Shown here: positions 37,900 through 49,880 of the stretch, in pieces | How positions within the stretch are numbered: the first letter of the stretch is position 1 | How the letters are laid out: every line of letters begins with the position of its first letter | From: Octopus sinensis | Lineage: Eukaryota | Assembly (NCBI RefSeq): GCF_006345805.1 | Contig: NC_042998.1 | Location: 14,446,001 to 14,510,000, forward strand | DNA: 64,000 bases | Direction of reading: 5' to 3' | Notes under the pieces: model-generated | Told to the model about the DNA's origin: nothing | The model's input: only the letters and a program-made list of their open reading frames with translations | The model's database searches: none | Translations under genes and position numbers: made by a program

Positions 37900-38520
37900 G
37901 CAGTCTGGGAAGAAGAGGAAGGGGAGGGTGGTGGGAAGGGGAGGTGAGGTGAGGTGGAAGGAGGGTGAGTGGAAGGAGGGTGAGGAGAAAGAGGGTGAAT
38001 GGAAGGACGGTGAGAGGTGAACGGTGAAGAGAAGAAGGGTGATAGAAGGAGGTGAGGAGGAGGTAAGGAGAAGGAGGGTGATAGGAGAATGAGGGTGAGG
38101 AGGAGGTAAGGAGAAGGAGGGTGATAAGAGGAGAAGAGTGATGAGAGAAGGAAGGAGGGTGATAAGAGAAAGAGGGTGAGGAGAAGGTGGGTAATATGAG
38201 AAGGAGGGTGAGTGGAAGGAGGGTGAGTGGAAGGAGGGTGAATGGAAGGAGGGTGAGTGGAAGGAGGAGGAGGAGGAGGAGGTGGATAAGGAGGATGAAT
38301 GGAAGGAGAGTGAGGAGGATAAGAAGGAGAAGGGGTGAGGAGGAGGGTGATAAGAGAAGGAGGGTGAGGAGAAGGAGGGTGAGTGGGAGGAGGAGGAGAA
38401 GGAGAAGGAGAAAGGAGTGAAGAGGAGGGTAAGTTAAAGGAGGGTGAGGAGAAGAAGGGTGAGAAGAAGGAGGGTGAGTGGAAGGATGGTGAGGAGAAGG
38501 AAGAGATGAAGGGATAAAAA
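37900..38520. repeat. Purine-rich minisatellite-like tract (GAAGGAGGGTGA-type units)
   Basis: Plus strand is almost devoid of C; recurring ~15-nt units. Confidence 0.9.
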
Positions 38521-38677
38521 ACCGCTAATAAGAAGGTGGTGAAAGCCAACTCAAAGATCTCATCTCCGATGACGTAACACAACTAATAATAGCAACATGA
38601 CTGAAAGCGAAGACTAGGAAATGATTGAGTAAAAAAGCGAGATGGAAAGGTAAAAAACGACTGATTAACAGCGACAA

Positions 38678-38718
<41 letters not shown>

Positions 38719-38845
38719 AGAGAGCATGTGTGTGTGTGTGTGTGTGTGTGATTACGGAGTTTGAATAAGACAGGATGAGATTTAAGCAAAGCGGAAAAGA
38801 GAATGTTATAAAGAAATTTAGGTAAATAACGAATAAAGATAGTGT

Positions 38846-38878
<33 letters not shown>

Positions 38879-39117
38879 AAAGGGAGGGGGAGGGAGAGAG
38901 AGAGAGATTGAGTGTGCATACACCTGTTTGTGTGTGTATGTGTATGTGTGTGTGTGTGTGTGTGAGAGAGAGATAGAGAGAGAGAGTGTGCGCCAGAGAA
39001 TAGACGAGAGAGCACGAAAGATATAAAGAAAAGTAGAGACGAATGGATGTAAGAAATTATAGCTAACAAGTTACATTATCATACATGTGTGCGCGTGTAT
39101 ATATGAATGTATGTATG

Positions 39118-39173
<56 letters not shown>

Positions 39174-39229
39174 GGTGAGTGTGGGTGTTTACACATATAC
39201 ATATATATGTATATATGTATATATATATG

Positions 39230-39611
39230 CATATATATATATATACGCACACACATACATACAGACATGCATGCCTACATACATACGTACAATATATATA
39301 TATATATGGGTGGATGTGGGTGTGTACACAGATACAGACATACATACCTACATACATACGTACATACATACATACGTACATGCGTATATACATACATACA
39401 TACATAAATACATACATACATACGTACATGCGTATATACATACATACATACACAACATACATACATACATACGTACATGCGTACATACATACGTACATAC
39501 ATACATACATACATACATACATACATACATACATACATACGTACATGCGTACATACATACATATATATACATACAAACATACATACAAACATACATACAC
39601 ACATACACACA

Positions 39612-39645
<34 letters not shown>

Positions 39646-39685
39646 CATACATAACATACATACATACATATATACATACATACAG
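39230..39685. repeat. Degenerate (TACA)n array
   Basis: Directly visible. Confidence 0.9.
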
Positions 39686-42423
39686 AGCAAAAGTTTGCCG
39701 ATGCAAGAAATCGATTATCTTTTTCTAGCCAGAGTAACAGTATATAGATTTTATACTGACATGAGCTTCAATAGACTTGGTCTTACAATTTATAGAAGCT
39801 GTGTTTCAGTTATGCATGAACACATATTGAAGTTTTCGATTTAAAATCAAAATCACTACTGCTTCATGAAGAAATGTTTTCTTTCGACTAGGCACAATGG
39901 TAAAAAAATTTTGCAACCAAGAAGTATAGTCGATTTATGCAAACACTGTAGAACTAGAATGATAGTTAAACATCGCTGCAACACACTTTCGTTTCCCGGT
40001 TCAGCCATTTTTACTTCATTTCACTTATTAAGCCGTGCCTGTAATCTCCGGCAGTAGTCAACAGTTTGTTTGCTCTTCACGTAATACGTGAACAGAAACT
40101 ATTCAACGATAAGTCAATGACCCATCAAATATTTCATGACCTTTTTTCTTAACATTTTCCTTTCTTATTTACAATACTTACTCGATAGAATTTATTCCGG
40201 TGTTGTTTGTACTAACTATTTTACCGTTCGCAAAATAGAGTTTGGACTTCGAAGAAAGATGGTCGAAATCAAACACTGTAAATCACTTAGTCAGGCGCTT
40301 AAATATTTCTACCAGTTCACTGACCGATCCTATTGTTTTTTTATTATTTAGATATTTCAGATAGTTTTGTGATTATAGTACTGGCCTACATATCAACAAA
40401 AGGATCTCGGAACTTTATATCACGACCTATCGAACAGCGGTTTCTTGTTGACTAGACCAAGAATGAAAGGGAGACACAAAAAAAAAACATTAAAAACATT
40501 ATTCTCGATTTGACTGTAAACTAATATGCTTCAAACTTTATTCATTTTTCTACCTCTTTCACCATGGCCACTAGACGGAAAACAAATTGTCTGACCTTCT
40601 TTGCTAAAGGAACGTGGTGAATCGATTTTCATAATAAACTCAGCCAACAACCGAATCCGTACCACAGGCGATAACGGCCACTCAACATAATTCCACAGTA
40701 GAGATACTATCATCCTGAGGGAACAATGATTCTATAGAAAACGGAATTCATCAATATAATTTGATATATAATTTTGCTCTGTTTAGTTGAGTAAACCCAT
40801 ATGGCTGGCCGAACATATGTCGGTAGCTCATGATGTTTTACGTTGGCTTTTTTCCTGTATTTATCTTCACTGACTATATATAGTCATTGTAGCATGTTGC
40901 GTGTACAAGTACTCCTATTCGGTTTCCACTTCCGGCTATCATTTCATTTTCTCTTTATATTGTTGTAACTGTTGTTGTTGTTTTCGGTGTTTGACCTCAT
41001 CTTACTCTTTATTAGACGATCATAAGATAAAAGTCATTCCAATCGTGGTTATTCTGTCATGTTATAGGAATATAAGTTCTACATTAACCGCATTCTTATA
41101 CAAGACTTTATAGTAGGTGATTATAGAGAGAACCGATCGCTGTTTGTTGCACGGCATAACACCGGAAAGGCTCGCTTATTTGCTCGTCGGTCACCTGTGT
41201 TCGTTTACAAGGCTCTCCTTTGTAAGATGTAGCTATTAACGATAACTCTATATTGTATCATAAGGTTTTGAAATGGAATGTTACCGAAATTTGCCGGAAA
41301 ACAATTATATCGTGGTCCTTAATTATGGCCGATATATAAACTTTTAGAAATGGAAAATAACATACACTAAGACGGCCAGTGTAAAGGTAGGTGGTACAGT
41401 TTAAAAGGGTGCACGGAATTTTATCAGTGAACAGGTCGCGGTCTTAAAGCGACTAAAATATTATGGCAAATTAAAATTTAATTGTTGAAGTGAATCTAAC
41501 GGTTTTTGTGTGTTTCTTAAATGGCTTATAAACACCTTCAACGCTGCAATTGTTATATATATAATATATATATATATATAATATATATATATATATTATA
41601 TGTGTGTGTGTGTGTGTGTTATATATGTGTATATATATGTGTGTGACAAACAGATGCTGTCTGACCAGCAGGCACGGACACATCTATTCACACCCACATA
41701 CTAACCTCCTGATAACCCAAAACCATTGATGCTTGAAGGGAAGTATACACCACACTGGGTAACATCTTTTTTTCTCAATTCAACCTTTCTGCTTAAACAA
41801 ACAGGTCAGTAAAAACATATTCTCGCCTTCAACTTAAAATATTCTGAGATGTATAAAAAATCCATTTTAATTTTGCTGTCAAAAGACTGTATATATATAT
41901 ACCAAAGACTGTATATATATACATGTAATGTGACAATTTGCGACAACCAATAATTAACACAACCAAATTCCAATAATATATTTGTTCTATCCTTCTGCCA
42001 AATTTTCCAAATATTCTCATCACACTATTGAACTTCTCTGTTACCAAACACTATATTTATACATGTAATGTGACAATTATGTATAAAAAACATTTTTGAA
42101 TTCATAATATCCAATGTGACAATTATGTAAAAAACTTTTTTGAATGCATAATATTCAATGGACAATTATGTAAAAAACTTTTTTGAACCCATATTATTCA
42201 ATGTTACTTTTAATGTTACTTTTGATAATCTTTTACCAAAGAGTGAAACCGGTTAGGTAAATAAACATCGTTTAAATTGCATTTTCAAACCTTTTTCTTA
42301 TTATATATATATAATAACATATTTATATACATATATATATATATATATATACATATATATAATGTATATATATATATATATATTATATATATATATTATA
42401 TATTATATATATATATATATATA

Positions 42424-42463
<40 letters not shown>

Positions 42464-42484
42464 TATATATATAATATATATTTT

Positions 42485-42655
42485 CGCTCCTTGTTTCTCT
42501 CCTTGTTTTTTTCTGTGTATCTTCTGTCGAAGAGCGTAGGCTCGAAAGTAAAAGACTTTTTCTATTTCTATTCCTGAGCGCCATAGTAATACATTGTTTG
42601 TTTGTACTCCACCTGTCTTCGTCTTTTGTTTATTTTCGTAAACCTTCCCGTTATA
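42485..42655 (+). mobile_element. Penelope-like terminal-repeat fragment with decayed hammerhead
   Basis: CTGTCGA-A-GAGC-GTAG-GCTC-GAAA-GTA followed by TTCCTGAGCG; related to 2395-2470 and, inverted, to about 23110-23175. Confidence 0.45.
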
Positions 42656-43258
42656 TATACATACATACATACATACATACATACATACATACATACATAC
42701 ATACATACATACATACATACATACATACATACATACATACTTTTTTTTCTATTTCGTAATTATCTCGGCGTTGAAACAGCGTTCCCAAAACACTGGATTC
42801 TCCTCCTTCACCACAAATTAACACCTAAATTTATTTTTTAATCTTTATAGTTCACTCTTTATCCTTCAATGGTTTCAATCATTGAACTGTGACCACGATT
42901 ACGTTACCGCCTGGAAAGGTGTTTGTCGAAATCGATTTGTGACTAATTCTGTCAGACCCTTTCACCGAACTGCTCAGCTACCGGAGCGTGAACAAACCAA
43001 CGTCGGTTGTCAGTCGGTGGTTTCCATCACTTAGAAGACATTGATCAATCCCGAGTTCAGTGAAAGATACTTGCCCAAGATTCAACGCGCGGGGGGTGGG
43101 CAAACTGAAACTAGGAGACTACAGCAGAACGATCTTCTTAAGCACACGCTCACATCTGCTTGATGGACATTACTATTTTCAGTTTTGCCTACTTAGACTA
43201 CAGCCAATTACCTTGAACTTCGATTCATACTATACATAGAAATAATTAAAAAATAAAT

Positions 43259-43504
43259 GCGCCCTTTTAAAGCCTAACCAGGCTCATGGGCCCGGTTTCC
43301 TGGATTCAAATGTCGTATGTGTTCCCCAACTGGATGGGATGCCAATCCCTCGCAGCGTTACTCATTTTTGCAAGCTGAGTGAACTGGAGCAACGTGAAAT
43401 GAAGTATTTTGCTCAAGAACACAACGCGTCGCCCGGTCCAGGAATCGAAACCACAATCTTACGATCATGATGCTGACACCCTAACCACTAAGCTACGCGC
43501 CTCC
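43259..43504 (-). mobile_element. tRNA-derived SINE, family E (CORE-like segment)
   Basis: A box TAGCTTAGTGG, B box GGTTTCGATTCC, then GTTGTGTTCTTGAGCAAAATACTTC. Confidence 0.75.
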
Positions 43505-44181
43505 GCACTATACACAGAAAGAATACACATTAATCTACGTTACACTACAGTACACTACAGTACTAAACACTCTAGTACACTATAATACTATACACTATAC
43601 AACTGTAGACAAATTCATCATACTACTCTGTACTATTACATCATAATACTACATCATACTACTGTACAGTATACTACATAACATCAGAATGTACTACGGT
43701 ACATCACATTAAAATTCATTGCATTACACAGCTTAGAATACAATGAAGAGCTGTCATGTTTCCATTCTTTTCCTATTTAATCTTAATTTTACGTTAGCTT
43801 CAGCGATGATTAATCTAGGTAGAAATTGTATGTGAGAATTTAAAAGAGAAATTAAAAATCCAAATTTATCACGTAAGAAATCAAATACCAAAGTATACTC
43901 CGTGAGAAAGTGTAAATGATGAAGAAAAATACCTTTGAGGAATGAATAGTTATCTTTTATTCGATTGTAACCATGCTGGGGTACCGTATTGCAGGACCTA
44001 GACAACCAAATTTACCCAGTGCCTATACTTTTTTTAGTATGGTACATATTTCAACATCCGCTTTTACCGAACTATACTAGAAGGATTTAAACAAGCCAGC
44101 ACTGTTACTAAGTGGCATAAGTCCAAGAAAAAAGACAAGCACACATTTGCATACACACTCATACAAAAATATGCATACATA

Positions 44182-44396
44182 TTGGGTTGTTCGGAAAGTT
44201 CGTGCCGATTTTTGAAGGAAAGGAACAGGTCAATAAATACTTACCATTACATCTTACTCAACCAAATATGAAACATTTTGTAGCACAATCTTTTCTTTTA
44301 ACTTGAAAATACCCTCTTGCCAGAATTGAGGTGCCTGGGATGGTAAGTCGAAAGGTAAGCTACTATAAATCGGCACGAACTTTCCGGACAACCCAA
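44182..44396. mobile_element. Mariner-derived MITE (215 bp)
   Basis: TA|TTGGGTTGTTCGGAAAGTTCGTGCCGATTT ... AAATCGGCACGAACTTTCCGGACAACCCAA|TA: 30-bp TIRs with one mismatch, TA target duplication. Confidence 0.9.
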
Positions 44397-44698
44397 TAAA
44401 TATATATGTTTGTGTGCATTTATGTGGATGGGTGTGTGTGTGTGAGAGAGTATGCGTGTGGTGTGTGTGTGTGTGTGTGTGTGTGTGTGCATACAATGCA
44501 CGACGGGTCCCCATGCAGTTTCTGTTCACTAAATAAAGGTTTGACTGGCGCAGGACTAACATTACATGAAAACAATTGCCCAAGATGCTGCTCTATAGGA
44601 CAGAACCCGAAATCACGTGTGTGTGAAGTAAGCTTCTTAACCTCACAGCCATGCATGATAGAAGCTTTTAATGTTATTTATTACTATACGTTTGTGTA

Positions 44699-45445
44699 AT
44701 GCGGCAAACTGGCGAAAAACGTTAGCACACTGGGCGAAATGCGTAGCGGTATTTCGTCTGCCGTTACATTCTGAGTTCAAATTCCGCCGAGGTCGACTTT
44801 GCCTTTCATCCTTTCGGGGTCGATAAATTAAGCACCAGTTACGGACTGGGGTCGATATAATCGACTTAATCCGTTTGACCTCTCTGTGTTTAGCCCCTTG
44901 TGGGTAGTAAATAAATAGGTATATCGTCTGCCGTTACGTTCTGAGTTCAAATTCCGCCGAGGTTGACTTTGCCTTCAATCCTTTCGGGGTCGATAAATTA
45001 AGTACCAGTTACGCACCAGTGCGTAATCGACTTAATCCGTTTGTCTATCCTTGTTTGTCCTATCTGTGTTTAACACCTTGTGGGCAGTAAAGAAATAGGT
45101 ATATCGTCTGCCGTAATGTTCTGGGTTCAAATTCCGCCGAGGACGACTTTGCCTTTCATCCTTTCGGGGTCGATAAATTAAGTACCAGTTACGCACTGGG
45201 GTCGATGTAATCGACTTAATCCCTATTTCTGTCCTTGTTTGTCCTCTCTGTGTTTAGCTTCTTGTGGGTAGTAAAGAAATAGGTATATCGTCTGCCGTTA
45301 CGTTCAAATTTCGCCGATGTCGACTTTGCCTTTTATCCTTTCGGGGTCGATGAAATAAGTACCAGTTACGCACTGGGGTCGATATAATCGATTAGCCCTC
45401 TTCCCCGAAAACTTTCAAGGCTTTGCGCCCAGAGTAGAAATAATT
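44699..45445 (+). mobile_element. SINE family A multimer: one head and four bodies, terminal body with alternative tail
   Basis: Junctions AAATA|GGTATATCGTCTGCC near 44915, 45095 and 45280; the last unit ends ...CCCAGAGTAGAAATAATTATT. Confidence 0.85.
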
Positions 45446-46323
45446 ATTATGCATTTGATTGGATTAAATATCAGTAAACTGGTTTGATGGCAAAAACAAA
45501 AACAAAGCCGACAAGCTGCTGTTTATCACACAGTTTCGTATCTTTATAATTTATTTATCGCGTTTAGTTGCAAATAAAATACGATCACATCATCCAAAAA
45601 AGATCTTATATAGGCTTTCTTTTATCGTGTGTTTTTTCACATTGCGATATGCGCTTCCCAGTGGGATACTTACTTATATGCGGAATATTTTAATTACTTC
45701 ACTGTGAAAGCTTTTATCCGATGGTTCTCGCTGAAGCAAACTGAATTTTTTTTACTTATCCTCTAAATAAAACCAATTTGTTGATTTTTCAGTGAGATGT
45801 TCTTATCTGATAAACGTTTGGAAACACTTTTTTAACGGGTTCTTACTTAAAATGGTGTACATATATTTACAGTAGACCTCTATACGAGTGATTGCGTTTC
45901 CATGCATGATATATATATATATATATATTACTGTTTATAGTTTGTACTGTCGTTACTGTCTTGTTTTTGTTACCATTTTTACCCCTCCGCAAAAAGATCT
46001 CAAATTTTATTTAATTTCCTTTTCGCGGGAAGGAAAGTTTCTATCTAAGATGCGTATCGCCTTCACCTTCGAAACGCAGAGTAGATGAAACCATGGCGAC
46101 TGAAGAAGGGGAATTTTCCTTGTGTTATTTGTCATGTACTCTATTTTTTCGTTGCTTAAGAAAAATGTCCATTTCCTTGGTTTTGTGTTTATGTTTTCGT
46201 TTCTCATTGCGTTCGACGTTTTTTTTTTTGGTGTCCTGTACCCATATATGCATGTATATATACATGTAGAGGTAGGTACGTACATATATGTATGTATATA
46301 TGCATATGTTTTTTTATCAATTT

Positions 46324-46382
<59 letters not shown>

Positions 46383-46384
46383 TG

Positions 46385-46706
46385 ATCAAAATAAAAACAT
46401 GATGCCAAGGATTCAGCGGTACATATGTTTCGGGCCTTTATTAGACAGATTTATAACAATGCATACATTGAGAGAAGAAAGAGATGGACGCTTCAATTCT
46501 ATGCTGTTGCCACATTATGTCGTACGCGAATGAGAGGATTTGCATCCTGAACCAAGAATTTTTGATGTAACACATGTCCTTGTGGAAGCTGTTGTGCGCG
46601 GCTGAAGAAGGCCGCAGACATACATTATGCATTGTTATAAATCTGTCTAATAAAGGCCCGAAACATATGTACCGCTGAATCCTTGGCATCATGTTTTTAT
46701 TTTGAT
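46385..46706. repeat. Perfect 81-bp inverted repeat with 160-bp spacer
   Basis: 46385-46465 is the exact reverse complement of 46626-46706; the ORF track shows the same peptide MMPRIQRYICFGPLLDRFITMH on both strands. Confidence 0.95.
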
Positions 46707-46911
46707 TAATTTACTCCACCACCTACACCACCAAACGGTATACACAGGTGCTTATAATTATCAAGTACTCACCCCGAATTTCTGTACTCAACTATATATA
46801 TATATATATATATATACATATATACGTACATATACAAACATATACGTAATATGTACACACGTGCACACACACGCACAAAATGTATATATGTATATATATA
46901 TGCATATATAT

Positions 46912-47060
46912 ACGTCCCTGTCACTTAGCGGTTCGGCAAAAAACCACCTATAGAATAAGTACTAGGCTTGCAAAGAATAAATCTTGGGGTCGACTTGCTC
47001 GACTAAAGGCGGTGCTCCAGCCGTTTTATTGTTTTATTTGTTTCAGTTAAATGGCTGAAA
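46912..47060 (+). mobile_element. SINE family B 3' part
   Basis: ACGTCCCTGTCACTTAGCGGTTCGGCAAAA...GACTAAAGGCGGTGCTCCAGC. Confidence 0.75.
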
Positions 47061-47327
47061 CAAATAAAACAATAAAACAAACAATATATACGTGCGTGTA
47101 TATGTGTGTGTAAGTGTGTGTGTGTGTGTGCGTGTGTGTGATTGTACATGTGTGTATGCTCAGGATTTAATTGCGAGCTGCTATTAGTTTCATGCCTATG
47201 ATAATACAATGGTCGAACAAGCCTGTACAGCGTGCCGTGTATTTTCAGGAAACTGACTATGAATACGCAAACTATAAATATATAAATATATAATAGTAGG
47301 AGTGGCTGTGTGGTATATAAATATATA

Positions 47328-47560
47328 TTTCTTTACTACCCACAAGGGGCTAAACACAGAGGGGACAAACAAGGACAGACAAAGGGATTAAATCGATTAC
47401 ATCGACCCCAGTGCGTAACTGGTACTTAATTTATCGACCCCGAAAGAATGAAAGGCAAAGTCGACCTCGGCGGAATTTGAACTCGGAACGCAACGACAGA
47501 CGAAATACGGCTACGAATTTCGCCCGGCGTGCTAACGTTTCTACCAGCTCGCCGCCTTAA
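47328..47560 (-). mobile_element. SINE family A monomer with 21-bp flanking direct repeat
   Basis: Full head to tail; TGTGTGGTATATAAATATATA at 47307-47327 and 47566-47586. Confidence 0.85.
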
Positions 47561-47751
47561 ACCGATGTGTGGTATATAAATATATAATAGTAGAGCATGC
47601 ATGCACCCTCTGCACGTGATTAAACTCGGAATGTTTGTGAGGAAGCCAGTGACTCAATTAGCTGACTTTTCCGATGGCACGCAGTTGTCCATAATGGTTG
47701 AATGGTCAAATCCAAGCTTCTCTACTAGTTCCTCATGTGTTGCAATAGGAT

Positions 47752-48150
47752 TGGCTCTGTGGTAAGTAGTTTGCTTACCAACCACATGGTTCCGGGTTCA
47801 GTCCCACTGCGTGGCACCTTGGGCAAGTGTCTTCTACTATAGCCTCGGGTCGACCAAAGCCTTGTGAGTGGATTTAGTAGACGGAAACTGAAAGAAGCCC
47901 GTCGTATATATGTATATATGTATATATGCATGTGTGTGTTTGTGTGAGTGTGTTTGTCCTCCTAGCATTGCTTGAAAACCGATGCAGGTGTGTTTATGTC
48001 CCCATTACTTAGCGGTTCGGCAAAAGAGACCGATAGAATAAGTACTGGGCTTACAAAAGAATAAGTCCCGGGGTCGAGTTGCTCGATTAAAGGCGGTGCT
48101 CCAGCATGGCCGCAGTCAAATGACTGAAACAAGTAAAAGAGTAAAAGAGT
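47752..48150 (+). mobile_element. SINE family B, full length
   Basis: Head, B box, short internal tract, (AAAAGAGT)2 tail. Confidence 0.85.
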
Positions 48151-48158
48151 AATATACA

Positions 48159-49429
48159 TTGGGTCATCTCATAAATAATGCAGTTCTTTCAATTACAGGA
48201 AATAACTTGGAGGGGAACAGGATCAACTACCTGCATTAACTTGCTATAAAAGCTGGTAGTAATTTTACCTTGCCCTTATTCTTAGTGAAAGTTTTGAAGA
48301 GTACTGTTCGATTTTAATAGTTATTTTTTCAAAGCTATAATGGTAGTGAGAAAGGGGTATTTTCGGCACATTTTGCTTTGTGAGTTCAATAAAGGCAACA
48401 ACGCAACGGAAAGTGCGATGAATATTAATGCAGTATATGGGGATCGGACAAGCGTAAGCCAGTGTTAACCGTGGTTCCAGAAATTCCGAGCCGGAAACTA
48501 CAGCCAAGAAGACGAGCCTCGTTCTGGACGATCTGGAAAGCTCGACGAATACGTCCTGCAAAAAGTGGTGGAACAAAATCCTATTGTATACCACACGAGG
48601 AACTAGTAGAGAAGCTTGGATTTGGCCATTCAACCATTCATGGACAACTGCGTGCCATCGGAAAAGTCAGCTAATTGAGTCAGTGCTTCCTCACAAACTG
48701 CCCGAGTTTAATCACGTGCAGAGGCTGCATGCATGCTCTACTTTGCTGTCACGTCTCATGAATGAACATTTTTTTTCTTTTGGACCGAATAGAGACTGGT
48801 GCCGAGAAATGGGTTCTCTATAAAAAATGTCAAGCGCCGAAGAGAGTGGGTAGAGAAAGGTGAAACACCAGCAACCCAGGCTAAAAGGTTTTCACCCACA
48901 TTAGGTGTTGTTATATGTTTCGTGGGATATGAAAGGTTTAGTCCACTTTGAACTTTTTAACCTAAACCAAAACGATAACAAAGATGATCTACTGCGAGCA
49001 AATTGGGCAGATTAATTCAGCGCAAGAAGAAAAACGTCCATCTTTGGTTCCAAGATGAAAGGTGTTGTTTCATCAGGATAATGCTCGACCACATAGAGAG
49101 AGGATGACATTCCAAAGACTGGAACAGTTTGAACGTGAAACGATACCCCACCCACCATATTCGCTGGGCATCGTACCATCTGATTATCACTTATTCTGCA
49201 GTCTGCAAAATCATTTAGACGGAAAAAATATGAATTCTATAGACAAAGAATATTTTTCGTCACGGACAAGTGAATTTTGGAAGAGGGGCCTTGCAAGTCT
49301 ACCTGATAGATGAAAGAGCATTGTAGAAAAATGAAGGCGTGTATATTTTAGATTAAAAAAGAACTTTGTTTATCTTAATTTTAAAAACTAAAAGAAGCAT
49401 AAAACGGTATTATTTATGGGATAACCCAA
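48159..49429 (+). mobile_element. Full-length but dead mariner (DD34D) transposon, about 1.27 kb
   Basis: TIRs TTGGGTCATCTCATAAATAATGCAGTT and reverse complement TTGGGTTATCCCATAAATAATACCGTT; right flank TA, left flank CA. Transposase remnants FRHILLCEFNKGNNATE...WFQKFRAG...EDEPRSGR and LFHQDNARPH...HPPYSLGIVPSDYHLF, with stops and frameshifts. Confidence 0.9.
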
Positions 49430-49558
49430 TATATATGCATGTATACATAGACACACACGCACATGCATATACATATAAATATATATTATGTATGCATGCA
49501 TGTATGTATGTATACATTTATGTACGAATGCATGTGTATATGAATGCATGTATGCATG

Positions 49559-49592
<34 letters not shown>

Positions 49593-49627
49593 TGTATGTA
49601 TGTATGTATGTATGTATGTATGTATGT

Positions 49628-49880
49628 ATGTATGTATCTGTCATATCTGTCGGGCATGTGGAAGAGAGTGTAATTCGGCAGGAGGACTTAAACGACGTGC
49701 ACAGGTACATAAAGCCCAGTTACAACTACAGCCGGCTATTACCGGTAAAGGTTTTAGTTGCCAATTTTGTACAAGACATTGTAGATCTTTAGCTGGGCTA
49801 AAAAGTCACATTCGATCACAGCACCAGTAACAGTTAAGCTTCGTGCAATGGCCATACTCGATAACGAGGGGGCAGCCATA
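49628..49880 (+). mobile_element. RTE-like LINE 3' end with two C2H2-like fingers
   Basis: CRACGRECNSAGGLKRRAQVH...CQFCTRHCRSLAGLKSHIRSQHQ* followed by a tail shared with 11048-11091; (TATG)n on both sides. Confidence 0.6.

Noticed and set aside
37890-38582. 230-aa Pro/Ser-rich ORF, the longest in the track
   Set aside because: It is simply the pyrimidine strand of the purine-rich tract, with no domain or splice evidence.
41425-41470. GTCGC/GCGAC hairpin as another hammerhead
   Set aside because: It is preceded by GTGAACAG rather than CTGANGA and followed by TAAA rather than GAAA.
46093-46270. Kozak-like ACCATGGCG start (MATEEGEF...)
   Set aside because: Short ORF running into T-rich and microsatellite sequence, with no donor site or recognisable domain.
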